Shown here piece by piece: positions 11,143-26,538 of a stretch of DNA of 64,000 nt. How positions within the stretch are numbered: the first letter of the stretch is position 1; every line of letters begins with the position of its first letter. Source of the stretch: the human T2T-CHM13v2.0 reference genome, Homo sapiens. The notes beneath the pieces are model-generated. The model saw only the letters and a list, made by a program, of their open reading frames with translations. It ran no database searches and was not told the DNA's origin. The stretch lies in NCBI RefSeq assembly GCF_009914755.1, contig NC_060938.1; one strand, written 5' to 3'. Position numbers and translations under genes: made by a program.

Positions 11143-14100
11143 ACAAAAGCAGTTTGATTTCTCTCATCATCAATAAGAACTATAAATTAAAATCTGACAG
11201 TCCTACATCCTCCTGCTGACCAATTTAATTAAGCAGTAAGCACAAATATATGAGAAAAAGCACAACCATATTCAAATGTTAGGAAGATAATGCTGTAAAG
11301 CAGCAGTAATCGTGATGCACAGCGTCCTTTCAGGTACCTGGGAAGTGGGGGAATGGAGACCAAGGGAAATAGTAAAATTTTTTTGTCTCTAACTGAGAAC
11401 ACTGTCATTCTAGCTGGAAGGACTGGAAATTGCTGCCTCCAAGTCAAAGTAGCATATGGTATTTCATAATCTCTTTGGACTGAAGGACTGAAACCAAGTC
11501 CTTCATTGAGGTGTGAACTTCTTGTTGCTATACTACGTGTGGTAGGAATGCTGCTTTTCTGAAGAGGCTAAGAAGGAAAAATATTTTAATGTTGAGTCAT
11601 TACTCTTTTACTTTTTTGGCTTTGGAAGGAGCCTCTGGTAGCCATGGTGACACATAAGGCACTGAATAAACTAAGATTTCCCTGATATAGTATTTAACAC
11701 ACCCAGGCAGAAATCATCTTTATTAATCAAAATTCTGTAATGGGTACTTCATTTTTAATTCTTTTTTTCCCTTTTTCCTTCTCTTTAGATCTTACAGCTA
11801 ATATTTGTTTTATTTTAGACAAATGATACCAAGTATTTATCTATTCTTAACTAATAATCAGTCCATCAGTATTTTCACGCTCATGGAGCTACATACTTTT
11901 TTTATATTAATGACCTGTTTTACACTCCTTTGGCTATCAGGTCCTTGAATATTAATTAGAGGCCACCTAGCTTAGATATCTACATTTAACAGTGCCTGAA
12001 AAGAATATATAATGGACACTTTATGAAAATGACATAGGAGTTTATGGAGAATGACAGATTCTACCCTCTGGAATGAAAATTGTACAGTTTTCTCTGTCAA
12101 CCAACAAAATCAGTTATAGAACATATTCAGGGAGTTCTAACGCCCAGATCTTCCTCTCTGGGAGACAGGTAATGTGGATGTGGGAGTTTTCCTGTTCTGG
12201 TCATTGTTGTCTGTTTGTCCCATGTTGCTCTTGTTCTCCCTTGTCTATATTGTAATGCTTGCATCTTTCCTTAGGGCCTGTTTACTAAGCTTAGAGAATT
12301 GTTACTCTTTGCTTTTGTATCTACCCAAGTCCTTGATTTTGACCAGTTGATTTCTGCAGAAAGCCTTGCTTCTAGTATGCTGTGCACATTGTTGGCTGCC
12401 TGCTTTACTCTTTGGTGGGAATGGCGGGTAATGGCTGCATGTTGCTGCAGCTCTCTGTCTTAGTTATCTGGATGGTCTGGACTTGTGTTCCTTGTTGACT
12501 GCATCCTTTCTGAACTATTGGTTTTTAGTATACCATGGTATAGAACAGGTGTTTTAATCCCTTTAGGCAGGAAGAGGCCATTTCTGAACAGAATAAGAGC
12601 TGAAATTGAATCTTCCATGGTGCAAAGCAGTGATGCAATTTATGAGGGAAAGTCTCCTTCCTTTCACCTCAGAAGTAATTCACAAGTGGGTAATTCAAGA
12701 GCATTTCCTTCTCCCATATTTTGACTAATACAAATAACAAGTATAAAGCAAATGAACATGAATGAAGCTATAAATTTGACTGCTTCTTTGTACAGTGAGG
12801 AACTTGACCAGGTCAAGTCTTTGCTATGGAAGTCTCCAATAAGATAACTCCTAACATCTTTTACTAACTCCAGCTTCTTAGGTTTGAATTGTTCACAATA
12901 TTTTGGGGGTATTTTGTTTTGCCTTTGGAAAAAACGTTAGCCTCTAGCAAATCCCATTTAAAAAAAATCTCACAGTATCTATAGGAACATAAAATTCATC
13001 AGAGTGCTTCTTCTATAATAACAGGTGATTTGGTTTAAAGTATTAAAAGCTATTTGCCCACACCATCCCAGCACTCAGTTTAGCAACCTTCTGTTGGATA
13101 ACATTAAACTCAGTCTATTAGTGAGGGTGTCTTGCAACTAGCATTATTTTTTCAGAGCTGTGTGTGTTAATTCAATGTCTTAATTGAGTCTATTAGGAAC
13201 CACTTTATTTTTGTTTTGTATTAGCTTATGCCCTGAGGGGAAAAAAGCGGTTAAATTTTTTTTTAAAAGGAACAAGAACAAGAGATCTCATAGTCTGCCT
13301 ATTGCAATACACTTTTTACTCAGGAAACATAAGCAATGAAGAAGAAAAACATTTTTCAAAAGCAAATCATCTCAAACTGAAAAAAAAGATGTCATCAGTG
13401 TCTTGATAAAAATATACATTCAGAGTTAAGCCTTTCTCCTTGGAACATAACAACTATAGCATAATTGTTACTTCTAAGTTTATGGTTAACTTGACACTGG
13501 TTGTCTGTCTTAGAATATTTAGCCATGCCCTGTCTACTCTTCTCCTAAGCAAAATGGTTAACAAATATGAGTATGTGTGGTGGGAAGAGAGTAGAGTGTA
13601 AAAGAGATGGGGAGAAAAGGAGAGTAAACTAAGAAGCAGAGAGATGCAGGGTTATCAAAAGCAAAAGAAGAAGAGTTCGCCTGCTTTGCTGGCAACCCCC
13701 AAAAGAGTCAGAAATCTGTTGGCCATGGAGGGTCCTGACTTAAGTGTCTATGACTCTAAGAGATGGCATGTGTTTTATCTGTCTCTCAGGGGCATCTAAC
13801 AGAAGACGGCACAGGAGAAATGGGTAATCCTGGACCAGCTGTTTTTCTTCAGCCATTCATTCATGCCTCCACCTTTACCAAAAAGCATAAGCCAAATGGT
13901 CCTCTTCATTTAGTTAATAGCAAAGTAATTTTGCTGAAAACCACATTTTAAAATATGAAATCAAACACCACAGTGCAAAGTTCACAGAATGCTGTTCCTG
14001 ATAGTTTTTACTCTGTGCTCAAATCTGGGGTGGGGAGAGTAGAGAAATCAGGCACACTAGTTTTAACCAACTACTGCATTTTTCTAACCCAGAACCAAAA

Positions 14101-15758
14101 TTTATGAATACCTTCAGAGATTGTGCTTGGAGGGCAGACCCTTCTAATGGTTTGTTAGCTTAACAGTAAACCACTGAAGCTACTAATTTGCCTGTAAACA
14201 CCGGATCCCACTGGAATTGCCCTACACAGTACAGTTCAAAGGGCCTGGTAATTGCCCTGTTCTTCTATATGGAACTATTTCAACCCCTGCTGAGACTGAG
14301 AAGATTAAGAATGTAAAGGGAAGTAAAGCATCATTTTGTGTAAACTTGGCTCAAGACCTACAAATTATCTGTGGTTGCTAATTGAACTCTTTATTTCCGC
14401 TCACTGAAGCTCTTCAGTAGGTAATGCATTTACATGGTTTTTCTTCACACAACTGGGTGATCTGTGTGCCAGCCTAGAGGCAGTGCCATCCTTTGTAACT
14501 GCCCACAGAACTTAGAAGGCCATTGCAAAGACTCAGTGAATGTTGTTCTTGACTGTACAACACATATGAGAGCCTCTTTTCCACCTCCACGAGTCCTAGG
14601 TACTTCTTTTTCTCTAGGGATTTTGGTACTACTTGTAAAGCTCCTCAGAGGAAAAGTGGAAAGTCACTCCTGAACTGATGTGGCATTTCCTTCCAAAACA
14701 CATCCCTGAATCTTCAGTTAGTCTCAGTTAAAGCAATTCTTCTGCTGCAGTTTTAGGTAAATTTCTTCCAATTTTTAGTATTATATTGATTTACACAATT
14801 TACCATTTTTCAATCAGAAACACTGAAATATCAGTGATGGCATATGGTGTAATAGAATAGAAATGGAGACTGGCTGATTCCTAGTCTATCATTCTCTTAT
14901 GTAAGTACAGATTGATAAATTACTGCTTACTCCTTTCTTAGAAATTTCGGTGCCTTTATTTTTCTCCGCTCTCCGTTTTCCCCACCTTCTCATTTTTTTT
15001 CCCTCTCTTCCAACTTCTGTTTGAAATGGGTGTGAGTACTAAACACAGATATCCTCAAGGGTGGTCTTTCTCTGCCTATCTAACACAGGAGAGAAGTTAA
15101 TGCAATCCCAAATGAACACTTTACCATGTTTTTTTTCCAGCCAGGATACATTCAAGAAATGCTTACAGCATAGGTCGGATGCTTCATAGCCTCCAATAAT
15201 TCTCTCACGTAGGTGGCTAAAATGAATAGAAAAAGAAAAACAAAAGATGAACATCAAAAAACATCTGACTCAGCCAAATAAATGAATTTTCGAACATTGA
15301 TTTTTGATTAAAGTTGAGTATTGAAAGCAGACAGAAAATATGAAATGTCTTTATTAGTCACTTTGGAAGTACAATTCTTAGCACAGTTTGAAATAAAAAT
15401 GCTAATCGAGAAGAGTACTTTTCCCCTCATTTTACCCCAATTCATCAGTACTAGATGGTCCTCATTGTGAAATCTAATTATTAAAACTTGGCTGGTTCTC
15501 AGGAGTTCACTCTCCAGGTCTTTATGACTATACATTTAACTTTACCTGCCGAAGTTGGGTCCTTTCCAGTCAGCAAGCCCTTGGTTAAGACAAGATGAGA
15601 AAACATCTCCAGGTGGGTTGAGTATTTCATCACTGGCCAAATTGTTCCTGATTCCACCTTGTCATAACCTCACATTTGTTCTCTCTCATGCCATACACAT
15701 GGAAAAGGGGAAAATAACTCTGTTCTTTTTTTTTTAATCTCTTCTTCCTGGGAAACAG

Positions 15759-15849
15759 CCAAACATCCTTTTATGATCAAATGCCTGTATATCTGGAGGC
15801 CATTGGCCACCATCCAAACATTTATTGGTCACTGAACACCTTGCATGAG
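15759..15849 (+). other. Candidate internal exon (91 nt)
   Basis: Acceptor tttttttaatctcttcttcctgggaaacag|; donor GAG|gtaatt. Only one frame is open (QTSFYDQMPVYLEAIGHHPNIYWSLNTLHE). Confidence 0.3.
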
Positions 15850-17926
15850 GTAATTTCAATTATCTTATTAAACCGGAACAGAGATCTGGTTGTGTTTCCT
15901 TTGATTATAAATGTAACTCGTGTTCTTATTACTGTTAATAGCAGCACATGTGGGGTGCCAGTAGTTTTCTGGGCACTGTCCCATACGAACTGCTGTCCAG
16001 TGTCTTTTGTGAAGGAAGACACCAGGAACAAAGAAGTTGAGGGTGAGACTACTCAGTCTTTGTTTATTTTAGAGGAGGGGAGCTAGGATGAAGAGTTGCA
16101 TATGGCCAAATATGGTGGTGATGTTTCATAGCATGGCAAAAGTTCTTGAGATTTCTGTGAGTCCTCCAGAGGAAAGTGGAGTATGTGGAATATATTGAGG
16201 GAAAATGACTATCAATTATTTTGTTGATACAGAGCTTTATTTTTGGACACAAATGCTTAAGCAATGGCAAAACTATCAAACCAACAGGTGTTATGAAGTA
16301 TAACACTTCTCCTCCCAGGGCTTCTAAGTTCTCCCACTGATAAAATTATTTAACTGCTTCATGCTTTTGAATTAAATGCTTGACTTTATTTGCAGAATAA
16401 ATTTCAAGAATAGGGTCCATACTATAAGCTCCAGGTGATATGTTTAAAAAGTATAGCAACTTGTAAGGTTGTGGGGAGGGGAGTTGAGCAGCCCCACTGG
16501 GGGGTTCTGAGATGGTACAGAAGGATAGTAACTGATTAGAGGTGCAGAAATATAAATAGAAAATCTTAGTGCCTATAATGGGGATTTATCACAAAAGAAT
16601 AATTCCTTTCCCACTTTGGTGGCCTTTATACTGGAAAAAATATCCCTTAACAAAAATCTGCTTATAATTTATGTTAAAATAAATATATGTGTTTTAGGAT
16701 GAAGAGATTATAGGATTTGTTTCATCCTAACTTAGAATTTTAATTGTCATTACTATATTTTATCATTTTAAAAGATGACAAATTGCCTATCTCTATAAAC
16801 TCATTTTTTGGGAAGCACTAGCTTAATAGAAAAAAATTCATAGTATAATTAAGTATTTCCCTGCCCTCTTTTAAAATGTGGAAAAGTGGGATTTATTCAA
16901 TTTACTAGCTTAATTTGAGAGTAGAAAGAAAGTGCAGAAAGTTCAGTAAGATTCATTCATTAGCTATGATTCCAGAAGAGTCTGGCCCTGGGCCTTTATG
17001 CTTTCTTCAATTGAATACTACACAAAAGAGTAGGCATATTACTACAGAGAAGAGTAAGAATGTAGTCTTCTAGTGACTACGAGAATATGGAATTTCATTG
17101 TTTCCTACCATAATTGAATTATGCTAAAAAACCCAGCATAGCAGAAAATGACAGGAGACATCTAAAATAATCTGGTTGGAGACATTGCTAAAACATTGGA
17201 GATATTAAGTATTTTGTAAGGAGTTGGTATGTTAATTAAATAGAATAATGTATCAAGCTGTGGATGATTGAAATACTCTTCTGCCCTCTTTGTAGCTCTA
17301 ACATTGGCAAGTCTCATGTTGAGTTGATTTTTTTAAATCACTGCATAAATAGATTTTTAAATATTTGTAAACTTATTTCATTAATCCTTTGCTGGTCCAG
17401 TGTCATGAAGCTGCGTAGGTCCAAGGAATTAAAAATAATAAATAGAATCTCTTGAAAGAGTCTTTCTGTGGTTAAAATTTACCAGATGTGACTGAACTCA
17501 TATAGTTTTTCTGCCTACAGTTACATTGCAGTGATAAAGTTTCTGGAGGCTTAGATGGAATGCAATACATTTAGCTTATTTAAACTTTTGAGGCTGCTCT
17601 TCAATTTTGACACTGTTCATCTGTTCTTTCCATATCTGTCAGAGTATTTCAGGCTCTTTTTCCTTCACACTCAGAAGATTGCTGCCTACTCCTAAATTGT
17701 CCCCTATCTTCTTACCTTTAAGTGCTAGTTGATTCAATTCATCCTCTACACTGCCTTTGGATTAATAACTAGAATGCTGTTGTTATTTCAATCAATTCCC
17801 TGGCTTATAAAACAGAAAATTCATTACTTCTCATTGCATTCCAGATTTCTTTTGCAGATATTCAAGGCTCCTTCTGTCAGATCATCACAAAAATGTGTCC
17901 CAAGCTACATTTTGGCTCAAGAATAG

Positions 17927-18229
<303 letters not shown>

Positions 18230-18402
18230 GAATAGTTGGTATTTTTATTCTAACTCTGCTCAGTGTTTGAGTCCTTGTGGCTTTCAATGATATAGCCTCT
18301 TGAACCCAGACTTATCAGTCCTACTCAGTCTCTGGGTTACAATGCCCTGTCAACTGTAGCATGCATCTTGGCTAAAATCAAGTTTCCATCTAGATTCTGG
18401 CT

Positions 18403-18921
18403 CATTGTTTCTCAAACAGGGACTGTGACCTCCAGGAGACATTTGGCAATGTCTGGAGGCTTTTTGTTTTTTCGTTGTTTTGTTGTTTTTGAGACGGAGT
18501 CTCACTTTGTCACCCAGGCTGGAGTATAGTGGCACAATCTCGGCTCACTGCAACCTCCTGGGTTCAAGCGATTCTCCTGCCGCAGCCTCCCAAGTGGCTG
18601 GGATTACAGGCATCTGCCACTATGCCCAGCTAATTTTTGTATTTTTAGTAGAGACAGGGTTTCGCCATGTTGGCCAGGCTGGTCTTGAACTCCTGACCTC
18701 AGGTGATCCACCTGCCTCGGTTTCCCAAGGTGCTGGGATTACAGGTTTGAGCCACTGCACCCGGCCTGGAGGCATTTTTGTTTGTCACAACTTCGGGTTG
18801 CTACTGGAATCTAGGGGATAGAAGCCAGGGTTACTGTTAAATATCCTCCAGTGCACAGGACAGCCCTCACAACACATTTTCCAGTTTAAAATGTCAACAG
18901 TGCTGAGGTGAAGAAACTCTA
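18403..18921 (+). mobile_element. MER20 hAT DNA transposon, split by an Alu
   Basis: gacatttggcaatgtctggag | atttttgtttgtcacaac...gctactggaatctag...tgcacaggacagccc...aaatgtcaacagtgctgagg follows the MER20 consensus on both sides of the Alu. Confidence 0.9.
18461..18766 (-). mobile_element. AluS (Sx-like) inserted in MER20
   Basis: Dimeric Alu; tggaggc duplicated at 18454-18460 and 18767-18773. Confidence 0.95.
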
Positions 18922-18979
18922 TAGCTCTACCAATACAATTTGTCTAAATCTCAGACCAGCTCTTTAACATGGTGACCTG

Positions 18980-19724
<745 letters not shown>

Positions 19725-19904
19725 TAACTAATATCTTGTTGAATATCTTTGCTCTGTAGCTTTTCCCTTCTTCATCTGCAATATTCCCTTTGACCCAATT
19801 CCAAGGAATGATCCAAATGGTTGTCATATTTTTATTGCTAGTGATATATATTGCCAAATTTATTCCAAGGTGATTTACCAGTTTGAATTGCCTGTGACTA
19901 AGGC

Positions 19905-20110
19905 TTAGTGTCTAAGGAAACCATATACTTGAAAGAGTCAGAATATCTAGGTTCAGGTGACAGCTCTACTCCTCACTGGTTACATGGTTTTAGGCAAGCC
20001 ACCTAATCTGTTTGACATTTTCTTACCTGTAGAGTGGGGATGTAAAACTATATCATACAGTCATGAGCATTAAATCAGATAATGTCTTTGGGAGTAAGTT
20101 GTAAACCATA
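19905..20110 (+). mobile_element. MIR SINE
   Basis: gagtcagaatatctaggttc...gctctactcctcactgg...ttaggcaagccacctaatct...cattaaatcagataatg. Confidence 0.7.
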
Positions 20111-20123
20111 ACACTGCCAGTGC

Positions 20124-20232
20124 TCATTCAATAAATGTTTATTTAAAACCTACTATATGCCCGAATCTGTGCTAGGAACTAGGAATACAGAGATGGACAC
20201 AATCTTGGGTTCAAGGAATCTTCAGTTTAGTG
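20124..20232 (-). mobile_element. L2 3' end
   Basis: tcattcaataaatgtttatt...cctactatatgcc...tgtgctaggaactaggaatacagagatg. Confidence 0.75.
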
Positions 20233-23200
20233 CTGTGTAATTATTAAAATATTGTTTTAGTTACAAAATTGAGAAGAAATTACTTTTTTAAAAATATAAG
20301 GGCTTGAAAGCAAAGGCAGTTCGTACAACAGGAAATACCAGTATGAAAGCTTGCCAATTTAATAAGATCATTGTTAGATTTCTTTCAATAATATCCCTTG
20401 GTCAATTTATCTCTAGCCTAAATCACAACAACAATTCCTTGCTGGAGTATTTTTAGTGCTTTTTTTCCCTCTCTCATATGTGAGGACAACACTTTTCTTA
20501 CTGTTGTACTCAGATATGTATTTTTGTTCCTCTTTTTTTTTTTCTGGGAAAATTCAAAGCTTTTCTTTTTTTAATTTCATTTGCTACCGATAGCACTTTT
20601 TTATTGTTTTCTGAGCCCCAGGTCCCTGGAAGCTGCATGAGGGCACGGCCCCACTTGTGTCTGTGCTGTGACTCTCCTATCAAGACTGCTTTGCTTCAGA
20701 ATCTCTGGGAGTATTTAGGAACTGCAGCATCCTCAGATCTATCTTTTGGAGATAGATATTGATTTTCCTGCCTTTGAATATAAAGGCCCAGAGTGAGCCC
20801 TTTAGCTGCTTATCTTTGAGCGTGTGGGGCATCGGAAGCTGAGGATATGGAAGTAACTGCAGTAAAATGCATCAGCACTGGCAGCGTGAGGATTGCTAGT
20901 GTGAGCAGGCAGTGTGGCTGAAGTTCTTGTCTAAGGACTGGAAGCTACAAGAACAAATTTTCCACGGTCAGGGATAGCTTATTTGGATAAAGATAATTTT
21001 AAAATATTACCATTTTTGTGTGTGCCTCTGAAAAGACTTCAGACTGTAAGAATGCAAAGTATCGTTTCTGCCTCATCTAAATTCTACCCTCAGCTACTTG
21101 ATTGACCTAATCAAATCTGGGATCTTTAGGATTTTAAAGAAAAATTTCCTTCTTTCTGGATGGAGCTCTAGAATAAATTCCATCACATTCCAACCTCTTT
21201 CCCATTGTTGCTGTTAAAATACACCTGTAATTCTTGATTCATTCTTTTCATATTAGATCATAAATGAAAATGAGCCTTCCTCTTTTGATGGTTCTTTCTC
21301 TTTCCTTCCTCTTTATTTTTCTCAGAATCAAGTAAAATAGAGTATATCCTTAGTTAGAGACTCAGGTTATGTGCATATTGCAATATTTCCATGCATTTTA
21401 CTTCTGCTTTCAGGTAAAGCAAATCAGAGCAAGCTTAAATGATTGCAGCTAGATAGGAAGGAACGGAGGCATGAGAGCAAAAAGTACCTGCCACAATTCA
21501 CTTCAACCCAGTAGCAAACATTCGCTTTCCCTCCTCCCCCCACTGTGAGTCAGCAAAATATAAGAGGAAACAAGAGTTCAGTTGGTGGGGAAAAAAAGTA
21601 GAAATCTTTGTCAGTGTCTTATTTTTTTCTTTTTCTTATTTTAGTATTAAGATTAAGTCATTGGGCGTCTCTGTGAGATATAATGAAGAAACATCAATTA
21701 GCAGGTTTCTCCATTATATCATGAGCGGTTCAAAGAAAAAAAGATAAAATTCAACCTTTAATTGAAAATATTCTTTAATTCCTATACCAAGCATTTCTGC
21801 TCATTACTCCTATCTTTTGCCCATTACTGATAAGTTTTACTTCAAATTTAAGAAACAACAAAGGCTTTCATCCACAATCCTTTCCAAGCCTGTAATCTGT
21901 TATAGAGCCTTAGTTTAAATTTTTGGGGAGAATTTAATTATTGATTTCTGACAAGTGTTACCACAAAGCAAATACTATAAATATAATACTACCTTCTCAG
22001 TTAGGGCCACTTAGCATCAAGGGAGGACAACTTGAAGGCACTGGGGTTAGATCGCCTAGTGGTGGGTAGGGTGGTTTGATTCTGTCACCGTCCACTCCTT
22101 GAGAATTACTGGTCAAAATCAGTAAACCTTTAAACAATGAAGGTAGTGCAGAATTGCATTTAGGGTATGAAAGTTGTGGAATTCTAGAGTAACAATAGAT
22201 AAGACATTTGAATGGTAGAATTCCCTGCTCCCCTCTCCCAATCTCCAATCATTAAGACATGCTGAAAGTAGGAATCCAGTGCCCTAGGTTTTCTTGAGAT
22301 GTGCAAAACACCCACATTTCATCACAAAATCTATATTTTTCAACCAATATGCATAAGACTATACTTCTGCCCTTATGTTGTTTTAACTGAAGGTGAGCAA
22401 CCTCCATGCAGAGCCCCAGAATTATAAAGGATCCCAGCTTCCCTCTATATGCTGCACTGGAAAGAGTTTATCTGCAATTTTTATTTATCCTATAAATGGA
22501 AGCTTTCTCATTCTGTTAACCTCATGAAGAGATTCCATCCTTATCAAGTATTATAACAAGAATAAAAACTTTTTTCTCTTTCTGTTATTCCTGGATTGGG
22601 TATTTTCTAGCCTTTCAGCCTAACTTAACTGTATCCTTGCCATTTTGAGTAAACCTTTTATTTATTTTATGTCCTCCCCAGTCTGTCCTTCTATCCATAT
22701 CTTATACTTTCTTCAAAGTCCACCTCAAAGTCCATTTTTCCTTCAAGGAGATTTTTCTGATGTTGTTAATCCTATTTTATATTAAACACTTGCTTCAATC
22801 TTCTCCCAGTAGTTGGTATGTAAATTGCCCTATATGTAAATCACATGCACCCACAAATGTACCATAGCATACTTGAAGACACAGACTACAGCATCCCATT
22901 GAGTATGTAATCAGTGTATAAAATGCCTCTTGTCTTTACTGTGGTTTCTCCATAGCACAGCTCTTCATATTTTCCGTCCAAGACATTCATGGTCCTACAT
23001 GTAAAAATTTCTCAGTCTGCCAGTTCTGTGTTTTTGACTCTGCCTGTTTCTATTCAGGCAATTCATTTCTATCCTTCTTGACAGTGTATACCCTTTACAT
23101 CCTATTAGATACTGTTCCAAACTTAGTTTTAGAACAGTTCCCTCGATTAATATTATCTCCTTCCAATTTTTTTATTTGGTTTCCTTCACCACTTGTTGTT

Positions 23201-23429
23201 ACCTATAGTTAAGATTTGAGTGGATTGAAGTATTATATTTAATTGCTGTTTTGGATTGTATAATATCCAACTTAATTTAAGCTTTCAAATTCTATAAAGC
23301 TCTGAGGATGTCTTTGTTCCCTGCTACATGGGAGTACCTCTGCAGGAAAACCTCCTCTTATTTTTGTATTTTTAAATCAAGCTTTGTACACATCAAGCAT
23401 ACAATAGGTACTTACAAACCAACTCCATC

Positions 23430-23670
23430 TTCACAAGTGGAAAGCTACAGAAGATGGCTTAGGCTTTAGCATGCACAATTTACGTTGAACATAAAGGATA
23501 AATTCCCTGATAATAAAACTGATTGAAGGTGAGAACAAGGTATTGAAGAACAACAAGAACTCTATTCCCTGGAGATCTCTAAAGGGAAAAAAAATAATTT
23601 ATCTTGGACAGAGGCGGGGCACTAGACTAGAAGATATACTGAGATTTTATCTGGCTCTAGCATTTTATTA
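23430..23670 (+). mobile_element. CR1/L3-family 3' end
   Basis: gttgaacataaaggataaattccctgataat...ttccctggagatctctaaa...gcactagactagaagat...ctctagcattttat. Confidence 0.55.
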
Positions 23671-26179
23671 AAATCCTAAACGATAACACTACTTCCATAA
23701 CGTGTTTCTGGTAAGGGGTTTCTTTTTTTTTCTGTCTTAAATATCTTCAACACAAATAACATAGGAAAGCCTGAATTATTTTTGTAATAAAATACAGTCT
23801 TTGAATAATTAAAACATAGACATTAAAACATAGAATTAAAACTACCCATTTCTGATGCTATATTTTTCCAGCAGTATTGAATAGATTTTGTTCTATTGGC
23901 TTATCTTCTTCAAAAATTCAAGGGAAAATATTTTAAAACTTTTATTTCTTGCTTAGCAAATGACAGTAATTCTGAGATAGACATTCTATTCTTACTCCAT
24001 CACAAGAATTAAGTTTCTCATTTTATAGGAATGAGAAAAGATGAAAAAAATGAAACCGATTGTTTATTTCTACAACTTATGCTTTCTACTTATGGACATT
24101 GATATTTGTGTCTACTTGCATATTTCTTCTGAGCATTAATTTTTTTCCCTTCTACTTCATTTATTTTTGGTTGTTTTAATACAGTTTCCAATTACAGAAA
24201 CAGGATTTCTGGGGAGAAAAAAACAATTTTAACTGCTCATAAGATGAGATTCTGTGGCTTTGCTCTTTGCTTTTTTGAATAGCTTTAGCTTTTATATTTA
24301 TATGATTCTTATTAGGGAAACGGTGCTAAAAGTTGGTACTTGATACTTTCAGGAAAGTATATGCAAGATGATATAATTAAGAATTCTTTGCAGCCTAATT
24401 GATAGATATGTATTTTATTTAAAAAATTAGAATATGAATCTTTTATCTCATCTGCAACTATGGAACATTGCCTCTGATAGCTAGAAATATTAAATGCAAA
24501 TTCCTGGAAAATCCTCAAAAATCACTTATTTATGAAATAGTAGTTTTGAATCAATAGCCATTAAAAACTCTTTTGTAACAAGAATTGTCACCTTATTCAT
24601 AAAAATGTAGTGTGGGCTAAATCATGTCCTCTAAAATATAACTGCAATGTTATAACAGCCTGATCCGACATGGACCCTTATCTGTTCCCTCAGAATTTGA
24701 TGTTGGTATTGCATGACACAGGGTGTCGTTATTGTGAATTTGCCATTCCAACTCTGTGATTACGTTCTAAGTGGGAAAAATGACTAGCAGGCCCAAAACA
24801 AAATGTCCTATTGAAGTGTTAGAAGAAAGATATGTTTGGATTCATATTGAATCTTTTCAATTATTTTGAGGAATAAATGCACCAAATCTCTTGCTTTGAA
24901 CTTTGTTGCCATATTAGACATTACCTCTCTGCTCTAAAGTCCCACCAGGTCATTGATACTATTGTCATCTAAAATAGCATCTGCCTTATTCAGGATAACT
25001 TTTGTAAGTTATAAAGCAACCTGGGCAATGTGAATGCCTTTCTGAAAAAAAAACATGAGGAGATCTCACTGAAATAAAAAGGAGCAGAAAGAGAAAGAAG
25101 CACTAAGAAATAACTCTATTCTTATATCTGGTAACAACTTATTTTTGCTAAAATTCAGAACTATTTAAAAACTTGTATTGACAGAGGACTTCTATTTGTT
25201 TTCCACAGAATAGTTTTCTTTTTGCAGATGATTTTGGTTCCCCTGGAATTGCACACACGCTCATTGTTTTAGTGCTAAAAGTTTGTAAGGACATAGATAA
25301 ATATTAAAAGATAATGAACAAAAGCAATGCAGGATTTTTTTTTTTCAGAAATCTAATTCTAATTGCAAAAATTAGTTTAAGATGAACCAAGGAAGCTGAT
25401 ACTTACCTACAACTTTAAAGTGTATGTCCTCCAAGAGCATGCCCCTACCTAACTTTGTTGATAGGGCCCTACCTAACCAGTAAAGTAATTGGTGTGCATC
25501 CCCCATTTGCCCTGAATCTCCCAGGGAAAGGGCTAATAAACAGTGACTTTATAAGCAAGCAAGAGAAGAGGGGCCAAAGGCTGAACAGCTTTTCACCCGG
25601 ATACCTGCTTTGGAAAGAAACCCGAGTTTGCCATGAAGAATGATAATAGATAGTAGGGAAGCCTCCCAGGCTTGTATGCTGCTGGTAGCAGGCAGTGTAT
25701 TAACAACCAAGCCAGAAAATTTTCACAGAGATATCTCCTAAGGCACTGAAAATAAACTGCTGTTTATTTTTTCAGGGACAGTCAAAGCAGTCAAATACTT
25801 TTTACAAACATTTTCTTGGACTCTTTGCTTCCCCTCTCTTACATTCTTTTCTATAAAAATATTTGTATTTCTCTGTTGATGAGTTTTAAGAGGATATGTT
25901 AATATACTAGCAATTTTATTTTTCTATTTAGAATATCCTCCATTTTTTATTTTTATTTTTAAAGGGTTGTAGATGGGAGAGAAATGCTTAGGGAAATTCC
26001 TTTTGGAGTTGAAACACTTGCATTTGAATATTTCCGCAATCATTGATCTTCCATGCAGGGCTCCATTTATCACTTTAGACAGCCCTGCTCTTGGTTCTGT
26101 TTCTTAATATGTTACCAGAGGCTTGTCCTACTATATGCAAATCAGTTATTTTAGCATAAACTCCCCTTTGTGCATCTGT

Positions 26180-26480
26180 TAACAGTTATTTTACTACTGT
26201 CTACCATGGGCCAGGTGCTATGGATTATAAAGAATGAGATAAAAATCTCTCCACCCACAAGGTACTTACAGTCTAGTTGGGAAGACAAATCAGATACACA
26301 CAAAATTAATATGTAGTGCTATATTAAGCACCAGCTTAAACTGATACTGTAAGGCACTACATTGTGCATTATAGGAAATTGAGATGAAGCTCTAACATCT
26401 GATAATGATAAATAGTTTTTTTAAAAAAGGCTTTAAGAAGAAGTTAGTATGACTGGTTCATCAAGGAACAGCATCTAGGC
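26180..26480 (-). mobile_element. L2 fragment
   Basis: aacagttattttactactgtctaccatgggccagg...cacaaggtacttacagtctagttgggaagacaa. Confidence 0.65.
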
Positions 26481-26504
26481 TGAAGGTAGACTAAGGATAA
26501 TATG

Positions 26505-26538
26505 GTTAAGGAGAAAGAGTAGTTAAGGAGAAAGAGTA
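26505..26538 (+). repeat. 17-bp perfect tandem duplication
   Basis: gttaaggagaaagagta twice (26505-26521, 26522-26538). Confidence 0.9.

Noticed and set aside
16106-16115. Perfect CArG box CCAAATATGG
   Set aside because: Isolated, and expected by chance in AT-rich DNA of this length.
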